A DNA stretch of 41,182 nucleotides from Candidatus Nomurabacteria bacterium (GTDB lineage: Bacteria > Patescibacteriota > Minisyncoccia > Phycocordibacterales > UBA9973), in the NCBI GenBank assembly GCA_023267115.1, contig JAHFNV010000003.1, forward strand, positions 1 to 41,182, in the 5' to 3' direction. Of the stretch, positions 32,695-41,182 are shown one piece after another; the first letter of the stretch is position 1; the number at the start of each line of letters is the position of its first letter. The position numbers and the translations under genes were made by a program. The notes beneath the pieces were generated by a model. That model worked only from the letters and a program-made list of their open reading frames with translations, was not told the DNA's origin and did not search any database.

Positions 32695-33525
32695 CTATCT
32701 TATCTCATAACTTATGCTCACATCCGAGCTGATTATATTCTCGCCTTTGGGAATTTGAGCTGGAGTGGATGGCGCGCTGTCAGCAGACATTATCACTGCT
32801 TTGCCATACATAATTGGCCCTCCATAATTACCGGACTCACTGAAACCAGCAATTCTGCCCAAGTGGACACCCAAATCTCTGGCCAATACTCTGGCTTTCT
32901 GTTGCGCATCATCAATCGCTTTTTTGCGCGCCTGCGCTTTTAAACTATCTTCATTGTCAATGGCGAAGTTTGGACCATTTAAGTCAGACACGCCAGCTAC
33001 TCCTAATCCTTGCATAATCTCCCCAGTGTCATCCACCTTGCGAATTTTTACGGTGACGCTTTCACTGGCAGTATAACCAACAATAACCTGTTTACCTGGC
33101 GGACAATAAATCGGCATCGAGTTTTTTGTAGAACTGCCCATTGTGCCAACTTCATATGTTGGACAAATACTACGTGAGTATTCATATTTTGGATAAACAG
33201 CAGCGTTAGTAGTTTTAATATCTCTATCCGCCACATTTGAATTTTTTAAGAAATCTAGCGCTTTCTTTTCTACTTGAGCTACCAGAGTTTGGGCTTCTTT
33301 GGCTGTTTTGGCATCTCTGGAAATAGTGAATGAAATATTGGCAATATCAGGCACAGCCGTAATTTCTCCATGACCGGAGAGGGTGATTACATTAGCGCCA
33401 TTGCTCCCCAGCATACTGTAAGATCTAAATTCAGACAGAACTTTGACAGCAAAAAATAGAGAAAGAATTATCAAAAAAAGAAGCGACGCTCTATACAAGT
33501 TCTTTAAATATTCGTTTGGTATCAT
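32695..33525 (-). CDS. SIMPL/DUF541-domain secreted protein
   Basis: N-terminal TM anchor, GHGEITAVPDIA..., A..KAIDDAQQKARVLA..LG. Confidence 0.65.
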   Translation of the reverse strand: MIPNEYLKNLYRASLLFLIILSLFFAVKVLSEFRSYSMLGSNGANVITLSGHGEITAVPDIANISFTISRDAKTAKEAQTLVAQVEKKALDFLKNSNVADRDIKTTNAAVYPKYEYSRSICPTYEVGTMGSSTKNSMPIYCPPGKQVIVGYTASESVTVKIRKVDDTGEIMQGLGVAGVSDLNGPNFAIDNEDSLKAQARKKAIDDAQQKARVLARDLGVHLGRIAGFSESGNYGGPIMYGKAVIMSADSAPSTPAQIPKGENIISSDVSISYEIR

Positions 33526-33608
33526 ATTATTTTAGCTTGAATTACAAAACTCTTTCTTGGCGCAACTTTTTGAACCAATGATTTAATTGTAGCATATCCT
33601 AAATTTTA

Positions 33609-34652
33609 TTAAAACGCATCTGTCCCCGGAATAAGTTGCGGAGGGCCAGGTTGAATTATAATACCTTGAGGAATAATTTGTCTTTGATCATAGACTGATT
33701 GAGAATTATTATCATTGCTTGTATTTTGATTTTCTGCATTAGTGTTCGTAGCAGAACTGTTTTCAGTGGCAACAAAAGGAGACGACTGTTGTATTTGCTG
33801 TTCTATTTGGGTCAACTGTTCTTGCAGGGCGGTGGTTTGCGCCTGAACTTTGGCTACTACCGCTTGCTGAACAACAACAGCTTCTGACATTACAGCTGGA
33901 ACATTGGGCGATGCGTTTGATTCAGAACTTGAAAAAGTTTGGCTGCTATATGCCGGAAAATCATTTTGGTTGTTAGAAATTTGTGAATTATCGCTACTGG
34001 CATTTTGGATAGCAGTTTCAAGTGAAATTAAAACTGCATTTATAGATTCCACAGATGGAAGCTTTGATAGGTAGGCATTGATTTGAGATTGTGAAAGTCC
34101 TGAATTTTCCGGCGTCAAGCTCGAAACGATTAAAGAAAGATCTTTTATAAAACTTTTAATTGCTTCGGCGTCCCTTTTTATTTTCTCACCCTCACTCACC
34201 TCTATGTTTTTAATTGATAAAATGTCGCTGTTTTTCTGCCACTCTGAAATTAGGGTATTTATATCACCCCTTTCAGCGTTTATAGAAATATTAGTTAGAG
34301 GATTATCAACTATTATTTTTGGATTTGACCCACGGGGATCATTAAACATAAAATCCGTTTGTCTTACCAGCTCAGAAGCTTTCTTCATTTGATCTTGAGC
34401 GGTGGTGGCAAAACCAAAAGAGAGCCGGAGATCATCAAACATGGTATTTAATTTGTTTTTTTCCTTCTTTAGTTGCTCCCGCGACAAAGCTAAGTCGTTT
34501 TGGATTTTTTCTTTTTGGGTAATTAAACCATCTGGCTTATTCCCCCGCATCAAAAAATACCCCCCCAGAATAAGAATACATAAAAATATTCCTCCGCCAA
34601 TAAATAGTTTCGTCACCCAACCATTATAATACAATATTGACTTCCGGAACAA
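33609..34652 (-). CDS. Membrane-anchored coiled-coil protein with a Q/N/S-rich tail
   Basis: One N-terminal TM span and a low-complexity C-terminal half. Confidence 0.5.
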   Translation of the reverse strand: MFRKSILYYNGWVTKLFIGGGIFLCILILGGYFLMRGNKPDGLITQKEKIQNDLALSREQLKKEKNKLNTMFDDLRLSFGFATTAQDQMKKASELVRQTDFMFNDPRGSNPKIIVDNPLTNISINAERGDINTLISEWQKNSDILSIKNIEVSEGEKIKRDAEAIKSFIKDLSLIVSSLTPENSGLSQSQINAYLSKLPSVESINAVLISLETAIQNASSDNSQISNNQNDFPAYSSQTFSSSESNASPNVPAVMSEAVVVQQAVVAKVQAQTTALQEQLTQIEQQIQQSSPFVATENSSATNTNAENQNTSNDNNSQSVYDQRQIIPQGIIIQPGPPQLIPGTDAF

Positions 34653-35658
34653 GTTTCAGGCCAAATTTTCGAAAAACGGAAGTTGTTATTTGCTCGGCTA
34701 AATTTTTAATTTCTTCTCCAGTCCCCCCGCCGTAATTAACCAAAACTAATGCATGGTGTTCATGCACCCCGACATTGCCAACTCTGTAACCCTTCCAGCT
34801 CGTCCCGTTCTCTGGACCGGACTGTTCAATCAGCCAAGCGGAGGAAATTTTAACTGCCATCTCTTCTTCGAAATAAGACATCTTTGGATAAATTTCCAAC
34901 AGTGCTTGCATTTTTTCTTTCTCTATAAAAATATTTTTGAAAAAACTTCCGGCGTTTGGAATCAAAGCCGGGTCAGGTAATTTACTTCGGCGAATTTCAG
35001 CAACTGCATCGCTAACATTTTTGGAATTTTTTATTTCTATTTCATTTTTTCTCAAATATTCTTTTAGTACCTTGTAACTTATGTTTTTTCGCTCAATTTT
35101 GCCTAATTTTAAAGTTATAGCGGAAATAAAATATTTACCCTTCAGTTTATTTTTAAAAATACTATCCCGATAACCAAATTCACATTCACTTTTACTGAAA
35201 ACTCTTTTGGCTCCATTGGAAATTTGATAGGCTTCGACACTCTCCAGAACATTCCCCAGTTCCGCGCCATAGGCTCCAATATTTTGCACCGGGGCGGCCC
35301 CGACCGTGCCAGGGATAAGCGATAAATTTTCTATGCCCCAGTATCCGTGATCCACCGCGAAAGAAACCAGATCATGCCAAATCTCCCCGCTCATCGATTT
35401 TATCAAAATACTTTCTGTCTCTTCTTTTAGAATTTCTATGCCTTGTAATTTATTCAAAACAACAAGACCGTCAAAGTCTTTGATAAACAAAATATTACTG
35501 CCTCCACCTAAAAATAGTTTTTTGTTTTCTTTAAATTCACGAAGTAGAAAAAGCTCTTTTAAATCAAGCTCCTGCTTGATCTCGACAAAAAACTTGGCGC
35601 GGACAGAGATGCCGAAGGTGTTTAATTTAGTCAAATCATAATTTTTAAGAATCTTCAT
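34624..35658 (-). CDS. murB: UDP-N-acetylenolpyruvoylglucosamine reductase
   Basis: LFLGGGSNILF, IPGTVGAAPVQNIGAYG, NAGSFFKN. Confidence 0.9.
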   Translation of the reverse strand: MKILKNYDLTKLNTFGISVRAKFFVEIKQELDLKELFLLREFKENKKLFLGGGSNILFIKDFDGLVVLNKLQGIEILKEETESILIKSMSGEIWHDLVSFAVDHGYWGIENLSLIPGTVGAAPVQNIGAYGAELGNVLESVEAYQISNGAKRVFSKSECEFGYRDSIFKNKLKGKYFISAITLKLGKIERKNISYKVLKEYLRKNEIEIKNSKNVSDAVAEIRRSKLPDPALIPNAGSFFKNIFIEKEKMQALLEIYPKMSYFEEEMAVKISSAWLIEQSGPENGTSWKGYRVGNVGVHEHHALVLVNYGGGTGEEIKNLAEQITTSVFRKFGLKLVPEVNIVL

Positions 35659-35661
35659 GTC

Positions 35662-36192
35662 CTACAGGATCTCTCTTTCTAATCTTTTTTGTATTTCTTC
35701 TTCACTTATGGGCTTCAACATTTTTTGTAATTCCAGATCCTCTGATAAATTTACTCCTTGTTTTTCCAAAAGGAGAGTAAGCATTTTCATAAGCTTGGTA
35801 ATTTCTTTTTCAGAAATAATGTTCAGTTGCAAATGAGTTTCCTCTCGTAAGTCGTCGATCTTTGCCGTGCGATTTTGCGATATAAGCACAAAAATCGCCA
35901 GAATGATGGCTTCCAAGGAAACTATATTAGTGAGCAGGTTAAATGGAAAAGGATCAAAAGGAGCAACAAATTTTATCTGATTGGTATTAATGAGTATCCA
36001 AGCAATAAACAAAAAGACATTTAACCACAGAAAAGTATTACTACCAAAATGAGAAGTCATGGAGTCTGCCATTCTTTCTATGGTTGTTCTCTTAGCATCA
36101 GCTTTGGCTTTTATGCTACGAAATATTTTCTTTCGGGCTTCTTCATTTTCACCAAATAATGAATGTAAAAATGAAACATGGTCTTGGTGCAT
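35662..36192 (-). CDS. DUF1003-family membrane protein
   Basis: FDPFPFNLLTNIVSLEAIILAIFVLISQNR. Confidence 0.65.
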   Translation of the reverse strand: MHQDHVSFLHSLFGENEEARKKIFRSIKAKADAKRTTIERMADSMTSHFGSNTFLWLNVFLFIAWILINTNQIKFVAPFDPFPFNLLTNIVSLEAIILAIFVLISQNRTAKIDDLREETHLQLNIISEKEITKLMKMLTLLLEKQGVNLSEDLELQKMLKPISEEEIQKRLEREIL

Positions 36193-36224
36193 ATGATTAT
36201 ATAAATTAATTCTCTAAGTATTTA

Positions 36225-36809
36225 TTATTCTCTAATTATACTAATAGAGCCGTCGCTTTGCAATCTAATAACTCGAGACGCTTTGCCGCTCACTACTCCT
36301 CCATCCATATATAGATCTACTGAATCTCCAAAGTACTTTTTTGCCTCTAAAATGTTTTTGCTCGGAGGCAACGCCTCCGTATTGGCCGAAGGGGCAACGA
36401 GCGGGCCAGTTTTCAAAAGCAAATCTCTTAACACCGGTGAAGCTGGCAAACGAAAAGCAAGAGTCTTTGTCCCACGATGTAAATATGCGAACGATTCATC
36501 CGGGCAATCTAAAATAACACTAGTAGGACTAAAAAAATATTTTTCTACAATTTCTTTTTGTTTGTTTGAAAGTTTTATTTTAAATTTTTCTAACTCATTT
36601 ACATCTCCAACTAAAATAATACATGGTTTCTTGGGATTTCTTTTTCTTAATTTATAAATCCTCTGCACAACAGATGAATTAAGTGCTTGTCCCACAATGC
36701 CATACAAAGTGTCCGTCGGCATGACAACCACTCCGTCATTTTTGAGAGTATTTGTCAGATTTGGAGCTTCCCATAAATATTTGTAATCTTTCATGTTAGT
36801 CATTTTCAA
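36225..36809 (-). CDS. tsaC: L-threonylcarbamoyladenylate synthase (TsaC/YrdC)
   Basis: VVVMPTDTLYGIVGQA...KLRKRNPKKPCIILV...APSAN. Confidence 0.85.
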   Translation of the reverse strand: MKMTNMKDYKYLWEAPNLTNTLKNDGVVVMPTDTLYGIVGQALNSSVVQRIYKLRKRNPKKPCIILVGDVNELEKFKIKLSNKQKEIVEKYFFSPTSVILDCPDESFAYLHRGTKTLAFRLPASPVLRDLLLKTGPLVAPSANTEALPPSKNILEAKKYFGDSVDLYMDGGVVSGKASRVIRLQSDGSISIIRE

Positions 36810-37254
36810 GAATCTGAAACTTCCGATGCCCTGCTGGTGTGTGGAAAATTTTAATTTTATGATGCTTTTGGGGCATTACCTTTATAACATTTTCTGGCCA
36901 TTCAATGAAAACCAGATGCTCTTTATTTGAAATTATTTCTTCCCACCCAAGATTTATTAGTTCTCTATCATTTTTTAAACGATAGGCATCAAGGTGAAAA
37001 AGAAATTTATATTTAGATTTTGGGATTGAGTATTTTTGCATAATCACAAAAGTAGGGCTATTAACTTTCCTTTTGACTCCAAATATTCTGGTGGCCATTT
37101 GAGTAAAGGTCGTTTTCCCTGCTCCCAAATCGCCGTAAAGACCAACGATAAGAGCTGTACGGTTTTTAACCTTTGAAATTTTTGTCAAAAAATCTTGCGC
37201 TATTTTATAGGTATCTTTGGTGCTTTTTGAAACTTTAATATTTTTTTTGGGCAT
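36796..37254 (-). CDS. tsaE: tRNA t6A ATPase TsaE
   Basis: LYGDLGAGKTTFTQ...SPTF...HLDAYRL. The start was set at the internal ATG 37254. Confidence 0.85.
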   Translation of the reverse strand: MPKKNIKVSKSTKDTYKIAQDFLTKISKVKNRTALIVGLYGDLGAGKTTFTQMATRIFGVKRKVNSPTFVIMQKYSIPKSKYKFLFHLDAYRLKNDRELINLGWEEIISNKEHLVFIEWPENVIKVMPQKHHKIKIFHTPAGHRKFQILEND

Positions 37255-37260
37255 AATTAT

Positions 37261-38030
37261 TGTAGACGTCCAACATCTATTATAGACGTCCAACATCTAC
37301 ATTTTAATTTTCGTGAAAATCAATGGGAGCGAATTGCTTAATCGAACCATCTTTAGAAACTGACACCTTGCCTCTTTCTTCTCGAATAATTGAAATAATT
37401 TCAGTGCTGTGTTTTAAAAAATTTTTATATCCACCAAATATTTTCAAAAATTTCCTTCCCTCAACGGGGTTAACAAGATGAAAATTTCTGGTCTTATATT
37501 CCTGTTCACTTGTACGGATCAAATATTTTTTATTTTTAGGAATGTCATGCACGCGATAGTTCCACATGACATAAGAAAAAATCATTTCAAAATAATTTTC
37601 ACGTTCGACGTACGAAGATTTAAATCTTCCCTGCATTAGAGATCCACTACGTTTATGTCTATCATTAAAATATTTTGTGTAGCCACCTAGTAGGCGTTTC
37701 ATAAATTCGCTAATACCTCTATCTAATTCTTGTTTTAAAATTAAATGAAAATGATTAGGGTTCAAGCAATACTCCACTATAGATATCATTTTCTTTTTCT
37801 TATGTAGACGTTGAACGTCTACATTTTCACGAAGTGCAATCTGAACACTACCTACTGGATCTTTGTATGAGAATAATTTTAAGCAAAGTAGAAAGCGTTC
37901 GACATCTTTGTCATCAGAAAAAATATCACGTTTGTCTACCCCTCTGTTGTAAACATGATAATACGAACCATTAATAAAAGAATGTTTCCTCATCTTTATA
38001 TGATAACAAAATAGATGTCCAACGTCTACT
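37261..38030 (-). mobile_element. Minimal IS200-like / REP-associated (RAYT-like) element
   Basis: A single Y1-HUH transposase gene flanked by the 17-nt imperfect palindrome TAGAYGT-CCA-ACRTCTA: one copy at 38012-38028 and two tandem copies at 37263-37279 and 37283-37299. Confidence 0.65.
37304..37993 (-). CDS. IS200/IS605-family Y1 HUH transposase (RAYT-like)
   Basis: YYHVYNRGVDKRDIF, HUH motif NHFHLIL, GSLMQGRFKS, and a downstream Tyr-containing helix. Confidence 0.75.
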   Translation of the reverse strand: MRKHSFINGSYYHVYNRGVDKRDIFSDDKDVERFLLCLKLFSYKDPVGSVQIALRENVDVQRLHKKKKMISIVEYCLNPNHFHLILKQELDRGISEFMKRLLGGYTKYFNDRHKRSGSLMQGRFKSSYVERENYFEMIFSYVMWNYRVHDIPKNKKYLIRTSEQEYKTRNFHLVNPVEGRKFLKIFGGYKNFLKHSTEIISIIREERGKVSVSKDGSIKQFAPIDFHEN

Positions 38031-38065
38031 AACGTAAAATCAATAAAGTATTTAAATTGTTATAA

Positions 38066-39808
38066 TTAAACTTTCTCCCCGATCTGCTGTCGCCACATAG
38101 CGTAATATAAACCTTTTTGATCCACCAGTTCTTGATGTTTGCCTGATTCGACAATTTTACCTTTTTCTAAAACGTAAATTCTATCAGCATGCATAATGGT
38201 AGAGAGGCGATGAGCAATGAGCACGGTAATTTGCTCCTGATTTTTACTTAACTCTTTAATGGTGGCTGTCACTTGCTCCTCGGTCAAAGAATCTAGCGAA
38301 GAAGTCGCTTCGTCAAAGACAAGAAGTTTTGGATGGCGCAATAGCGCCCGAGCAATGGAGAGGCGCTGTTTTTCACCACCGGAAACTTTTACCCCGCCCT
38401 CACCGATCAGCGTATCTAAGCCTTCAAGCGCTCTTTGCATTAGACTGTCAGCTGCAGATTTTTTTAAGGCGTCCCAAAGTTCTTTGTCGCTTGCATTAGG
38501 ATTGGCAAATTTTAAGTTCTCGCGAATGCTACCGGCAAAAAGCTGAGTGTCCTGGGTAACCAAACCAATTTGGGCGCGAAGGGAGTCCAGATCCGCTTCA
38601 CTAATATCAACATTATTATACAAAACTTTTCCTTCTTGCGGATAATATAAACCGACCAACAATTTTACTAAAGTGGTTTTGCCTGAACCAGATGGACCGA
38701 CGAAGGCTATGGTTTCTCCCTTTTGGGTTACAAAGCTGACATTATCCAAGGCCTTGCGATTGGCTGTAGGGTGAATAAAACTCAAACTCACAAAAGCGAC
38801 ACTTTCTAGAATGCCAACTTCTTTCGGCGAAGCTGGCGCAGATTCCTTGGGTGTATTCAAAATATTTTTAAAATTCATCAAAGATGCCTGCGCTTCGCGA
38901 TAAGAATTCACCACATCGCCCAACTGTTGCAGGGGGTTAAACAAAAAGAAAGAATAAATCCACAAAGAAAAAAATTGTCCTATGGTGAGAGAGCGCGTGA
39001 AAATTAAATAAATCATCATAAACAACATTAAGGTGCGAAGTAAATTTAGAGCCGTACCCTGAATGAAACTTAAGGTGCGAAGATATTTAACTTTCTCTAG
39101 TTCAAGTTTTAGTATTTCTTCCGTAGTGTGGTTGAGTCGATTGATTTCCGAACCGGAAAGCCCCAAAGATTTTACTAGTTCTATATTGCGCAAACTTTCT
39201 GTGGTTGAGCCAGCTAAGGCGGTGGTTTGGGCGACAATTTTTATTTGCACAGTTTTGATTTTTTTGCTTAAAAGCGCAGATAACAAGCCCAAGGTCGGTA
39301 CCATAGCCAAATAAACCATAGCTACAATGTAGCTGACAAAAAACGCGTAGGTAATGACAAAAATAAAACCAATAACTGTAAAAAACAAAACATTGATAAA
39401 ATTGGCAATGAGCGTCTGACTATCCAAACGCACCCGCTGTAACTTTTCCAAAGTCTCTCCACTTTTCTGATCTTCAAAAACTGGGTAAGGCAATTTGAGG
39501 GCGTGGGTCAGACCGTCCGTATACATTTTGGCGCCTACCCGTTGGGTAACGGTGTTGACGTAATAATCTTGAAAATTTTTTGCTAGACGAGAAATAAAGT
39601 TCGTGCTTATGGACAATAGCAACAAAAACCCAACGCCACGGAAAAACTCGTTGCTCGATAATAGGGCAAACTTAGTGGCATAGTTGTCAAGGATCAAGCG
39701 AAAAAGATACGGATCAATTAAAGAAAAAATCTGGTTGATGGCAGCCAACAGAAGCGCTAAAACCAGAAGTTTCCAATATTTTTTAAGATAAGAAAAAAGT
39801 ATTTTCAT
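38066..39808 (-). CDS. ABC exporter, fused permease/ATPase (MsbA/MdlB-like)
   Basis: 6 TM spans, then Walker A GPSGSGKTT, the signature VSGGEKQR, and Walker B LLVFDEATS. Confidence 0.9.
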   Translation of the reverse strand: MKILFSYLKKYWKLLVLALLLAAINQIFSLIDPYLFRLILDNYATKFALLSSNEFFRGVGFLLLLSISTNFISRLAKNFQDYYVNTVTQRVGAKMYTDGLTHALKLPYPVFEDQKSGETLEKLQRVRLDSQTLIANFINVLFFTVIGFIFVITYAFFVSYIVAMVYLAMVPTLGLLSALLSKKIKTVQIKIVAQTTALAGSTTESLRNIELVKSLGLSGSEINRLNHTTEEILKLELEKVKYLRTLSFIQGTALNLLRTLMLFMMIYLIFTRSLTIGQFFSLWIYSFFLFNPLQQLGDVVNSYREAQASLMNFKNILNTPKESAPASPKEVGILESVAFVSLSFIHPTANRKALDNVSFVTQKGETIAFVGPSGSGKTTLVKLLVGLYYPQEGKVLYNNVDISEADLDSLRAQIGLVTQDTQLFAGSIRENLKFANPNASDKELWDALKKSAADSLMQRALEGLDTLIGEGGVKVSGGEKQRLSIARALLRHPKLLVFDEATSSLDSLTEEQVTATIKELSKNQEQITVLIAHRLSTIMHADRIYVLEKGKIVESGKHQELVDQKGLYYAMWRQQIGEKV

Positions 39809-39869
39809 CTAATCCTTCGTAAAAAAAGTTATTCTAAAACCTTCGACAAAAGAAATGTGGCTAAGCGGG

Positions 39870-39941
39870 GGTGCCCGGAGAGAATTGAACTCTCGATATC
39901 GGCTCCACAAGCCGAAGTTTTACCATTAAACTACGGGCACC
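39870..39941 (-). tRNA. tRNA-His (GUG) with encoded G-1 and C73
   Basis: Manual cloverleaf: G-1, GTGCCCG acceptor, anticodon loop TTGTGGA, T arm GAGAG-TTCAATT-CTCTC. No CCA is encoded. Confidence 0.85.
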
Positions 39942-40029
39942 ATGTGCCACTAGTTATATCAAAAAAAATTACTAAACGCCAGTTATTTTTTGTGGCGATT
40001 TTTTATTTGGCGCATTATATATTGCGCAA

Positions 40030-40455
40030 TTAAGTCAGCACGGCTAAAATAAAAATCAAGGTTGAAATGAAAGCCGAAACAAAACACCAAGAGCATCCCT
40101 TTCTTAGTATAAAAATTTGCACAAAGACAAGATAAATGGAAAAAATAAAAGCCAGAAAAGAAATCAAAATCAAGAAACCGATTAAGAATTCAGGCAAGGC
40201 CTCGGGCATAAAAACAAAAAAAAGATAAGAAGCGAATATTAGGGCATAATAGATCATACCTAAAATCTCTAGAGGAACACCGAAAAATTTGGAATAATCG
40301 CTATGGACCACTGCATGACAATCAAATTTTATTGGGCAAACGAGGGGGCTATGGCCCGGTTTTTTGTGTTTATAGATATGTCGAGCCACCATAAAACCGG
40401 AGAACCCCAATAAAAAAATCGCCACTCTTATTAAAACATCGTCCGAAAATATCAT
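40030..40455 (-). CDS. Vitamin K epoxide reductase (VKOR) family protein
   Basis: 4 TM spans, loop cysteines PLVCP..FDC, and CSWC (CxxC) in the last helix. Confidence 0.7.
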   Translation of the reverse strand: MIFSDDVLIRVAIFLLGFSGFMVARHIYKHKKPGHSPLVCPIKFDCHAVVHSDYSKFFGVPLEILGMIYYALIFASYLFFVFMPEALPEFLIGFLILISFLAFIFSIYLVFVQIFILRKGCSWCFVSAFISTLIFILAVLT

Positions 40456-40458
40456 AAC

Positions 40459-40626
40459 TTAGATTATAGCTTTTCTTTTAAAGAAAGACAAACTGAATTC
40501 AGGCAGTATCGCTTTTTTGTTTCTGAAATTTTTATTTTTTACATTCACACCTATTTCTTCTTGTGTTTCTCTTGTCAAAGCATCTTCTACGGCCTGCTTT
40601 TTGATTAAAAACAGAAGGGTGGTATT
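40459..40626 (-). pseudogene. Possible Nudix-hydrolase remnant
   Basis: The frame reads ..LFLIKKQAVEDALTRETQEEIGV.., which resembles the Nudix box E.A..RE..EE.G. There is no start codon other than one inside tRNA-Leu. Confidence 0.3.
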
Positions 40627-40631
40627 TTGCA

Positions 40632-40717
40632 TGGTGCGCGAGGGGAGATTTGAACTCCCACGTCCGTGAGGACACTGGCACCTCAAGCCAGCCTGGCTAC
40701 CGTTACAGCACTCGCGC
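40632..40717 (-). tRNA. tRNA-Leu (GAG), type II with long variable arm, CCA encoded
   Basis: Acceptor GCGCGAG/CTCGCGC, anticodon loop TTGAGGT, T arm GGGAG-TTCAAAT-CTCCC, ACCA 3' end. Confidence 0.85.
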
Positions 40718-40736
40718 GTATAATTTCTGCCAAAAT

Positions 40737-41182
40737 TTACTCGGCTGTTTTAGTTTCTGCGTTTGCCTCCACTTCCGACTCACTATCAGTTTCCGAAACA
40801 ACCGAGCGCATTTTTCGACGGACATCTTTGATCGCTTTGGTGCGAATGTAATAAAGTTTTGAGCGACGAGCCCGAGATTTTTTAAGTGTTTCAATTTTAT
40901 CCACCATTGGAGAATAAAGCGGAAAGATTCTTTCCACCCCGACACCTGAAGCAATCCTGCGCACGGTAAATGTTGCTCCAGCTTCTGTGCCGTGCTTGCG
41001 AGCCAATACTATGCCTTCAAAAGCCTGGTTGCGAAATTTAATAGTCTTTTCACTTTTTTTATTAGCTTTAGTTGATATTTTCTCTTCCGCAATCTTGGAC
41101 CACACCCGCACGGTATCCCCCGCTCGAAAATCAAGTTTCCTGCGAGCCTCAATATCAACTGGGCTAAATTTTATTTTACTTA
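40737..41182 (-). CDS. rplS: 50S ribosomal protein L19 (5' end beyond the window), acidic C-terminal tail
   Basis: The frame stays open to the window end: ..FRAGDTVRVWSKI...FEGIVLARKHGTEAGATFTVRRIASGVGVERIFPLYSP. Confidence 0.9.
   Translation of the reverse strand, partial: SKIKFSPVDIEARRKLDFRAGDTVRVWSKIAEEKISTKANKKSEKTIKFRNQAFEGIVLARKHGTEAGATFTVRRIASGVGVERIFPLYSPMVDKIETLKKSRARRSKLYYIRTKAIKDVRRKMRSVVSETDSESEVEANAETKTAE

Noticed and set aside
40459-40686. ORF 40459-40686 as an intact gene
   Set aside because: Its first 18 or so codons are the tRNA-Leu gene. Only the downstream part is kept, as a possible Nudix remnant.

Overview
AT-rich, gene-dense 41 kb window with almost everything on the minus strand. 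It is probably from a reduced Patescibacteria/CPR (Parcubacteria-like) genome. The backbone is the conserved translation super-operon: rpsL-rpsG-fusA-tuf, then the S10/spc ribosomal-protein operons down to secY-adk-map. Also present are secE-nusG-rplK, rpmB, rplS, tRNA-His, tRNA-Leu, murB, tsaC/tsaE, a DEAD-box helicase and an ABC exporter. L30 is absent between rpsE and rplO, and L1 is absent after rplK, which fits that lineage. The interesting part is what sits at the junctions of this backbone. (1) A 531-bp GC-rich spacer splits rplB from rpsS and reads as two tandem promoter / multi-hairpin RNA / intrinsic-terminator units, followed by a new rpsS promoter. I read these as two candidate unclassified ncRNAs. 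(2) Two integrase-less accessory islands of about 1.2 and 1.4 kb are each bracketed by a perfect direct repeat (34 bp and 41 bp) that duplicates the 3' end of the upstream housekeeping gene (rpsG, DEAD-box helicase). (3) A heptamer-array inverted-repeat element (TRCGAAT/ATTCGTR) occurs in two copies upstream of nusG and rplK, and one copy encloses a GxxExxY (PD-(D/E)XK-like) gene. (4) A thymidylate-synthase homologue carries the Asn-to-Asp substitution known to switch the fold to dCMP. It sits in a cluster with two dCMP-deaminase paralogues, DHFR and a MazG-like NTPase. (5) A minimal IS200/RAYT-like element has strand-specific hairpins. Three type II toxin-antitoxin modules, a pyrF remnant, a Nudix remnant and a recurrent leaderless promoter geometry are also present. 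No rRNA and no CRISPR array were seen. All calls come from reading the sequence and ORF translations, with no database search.
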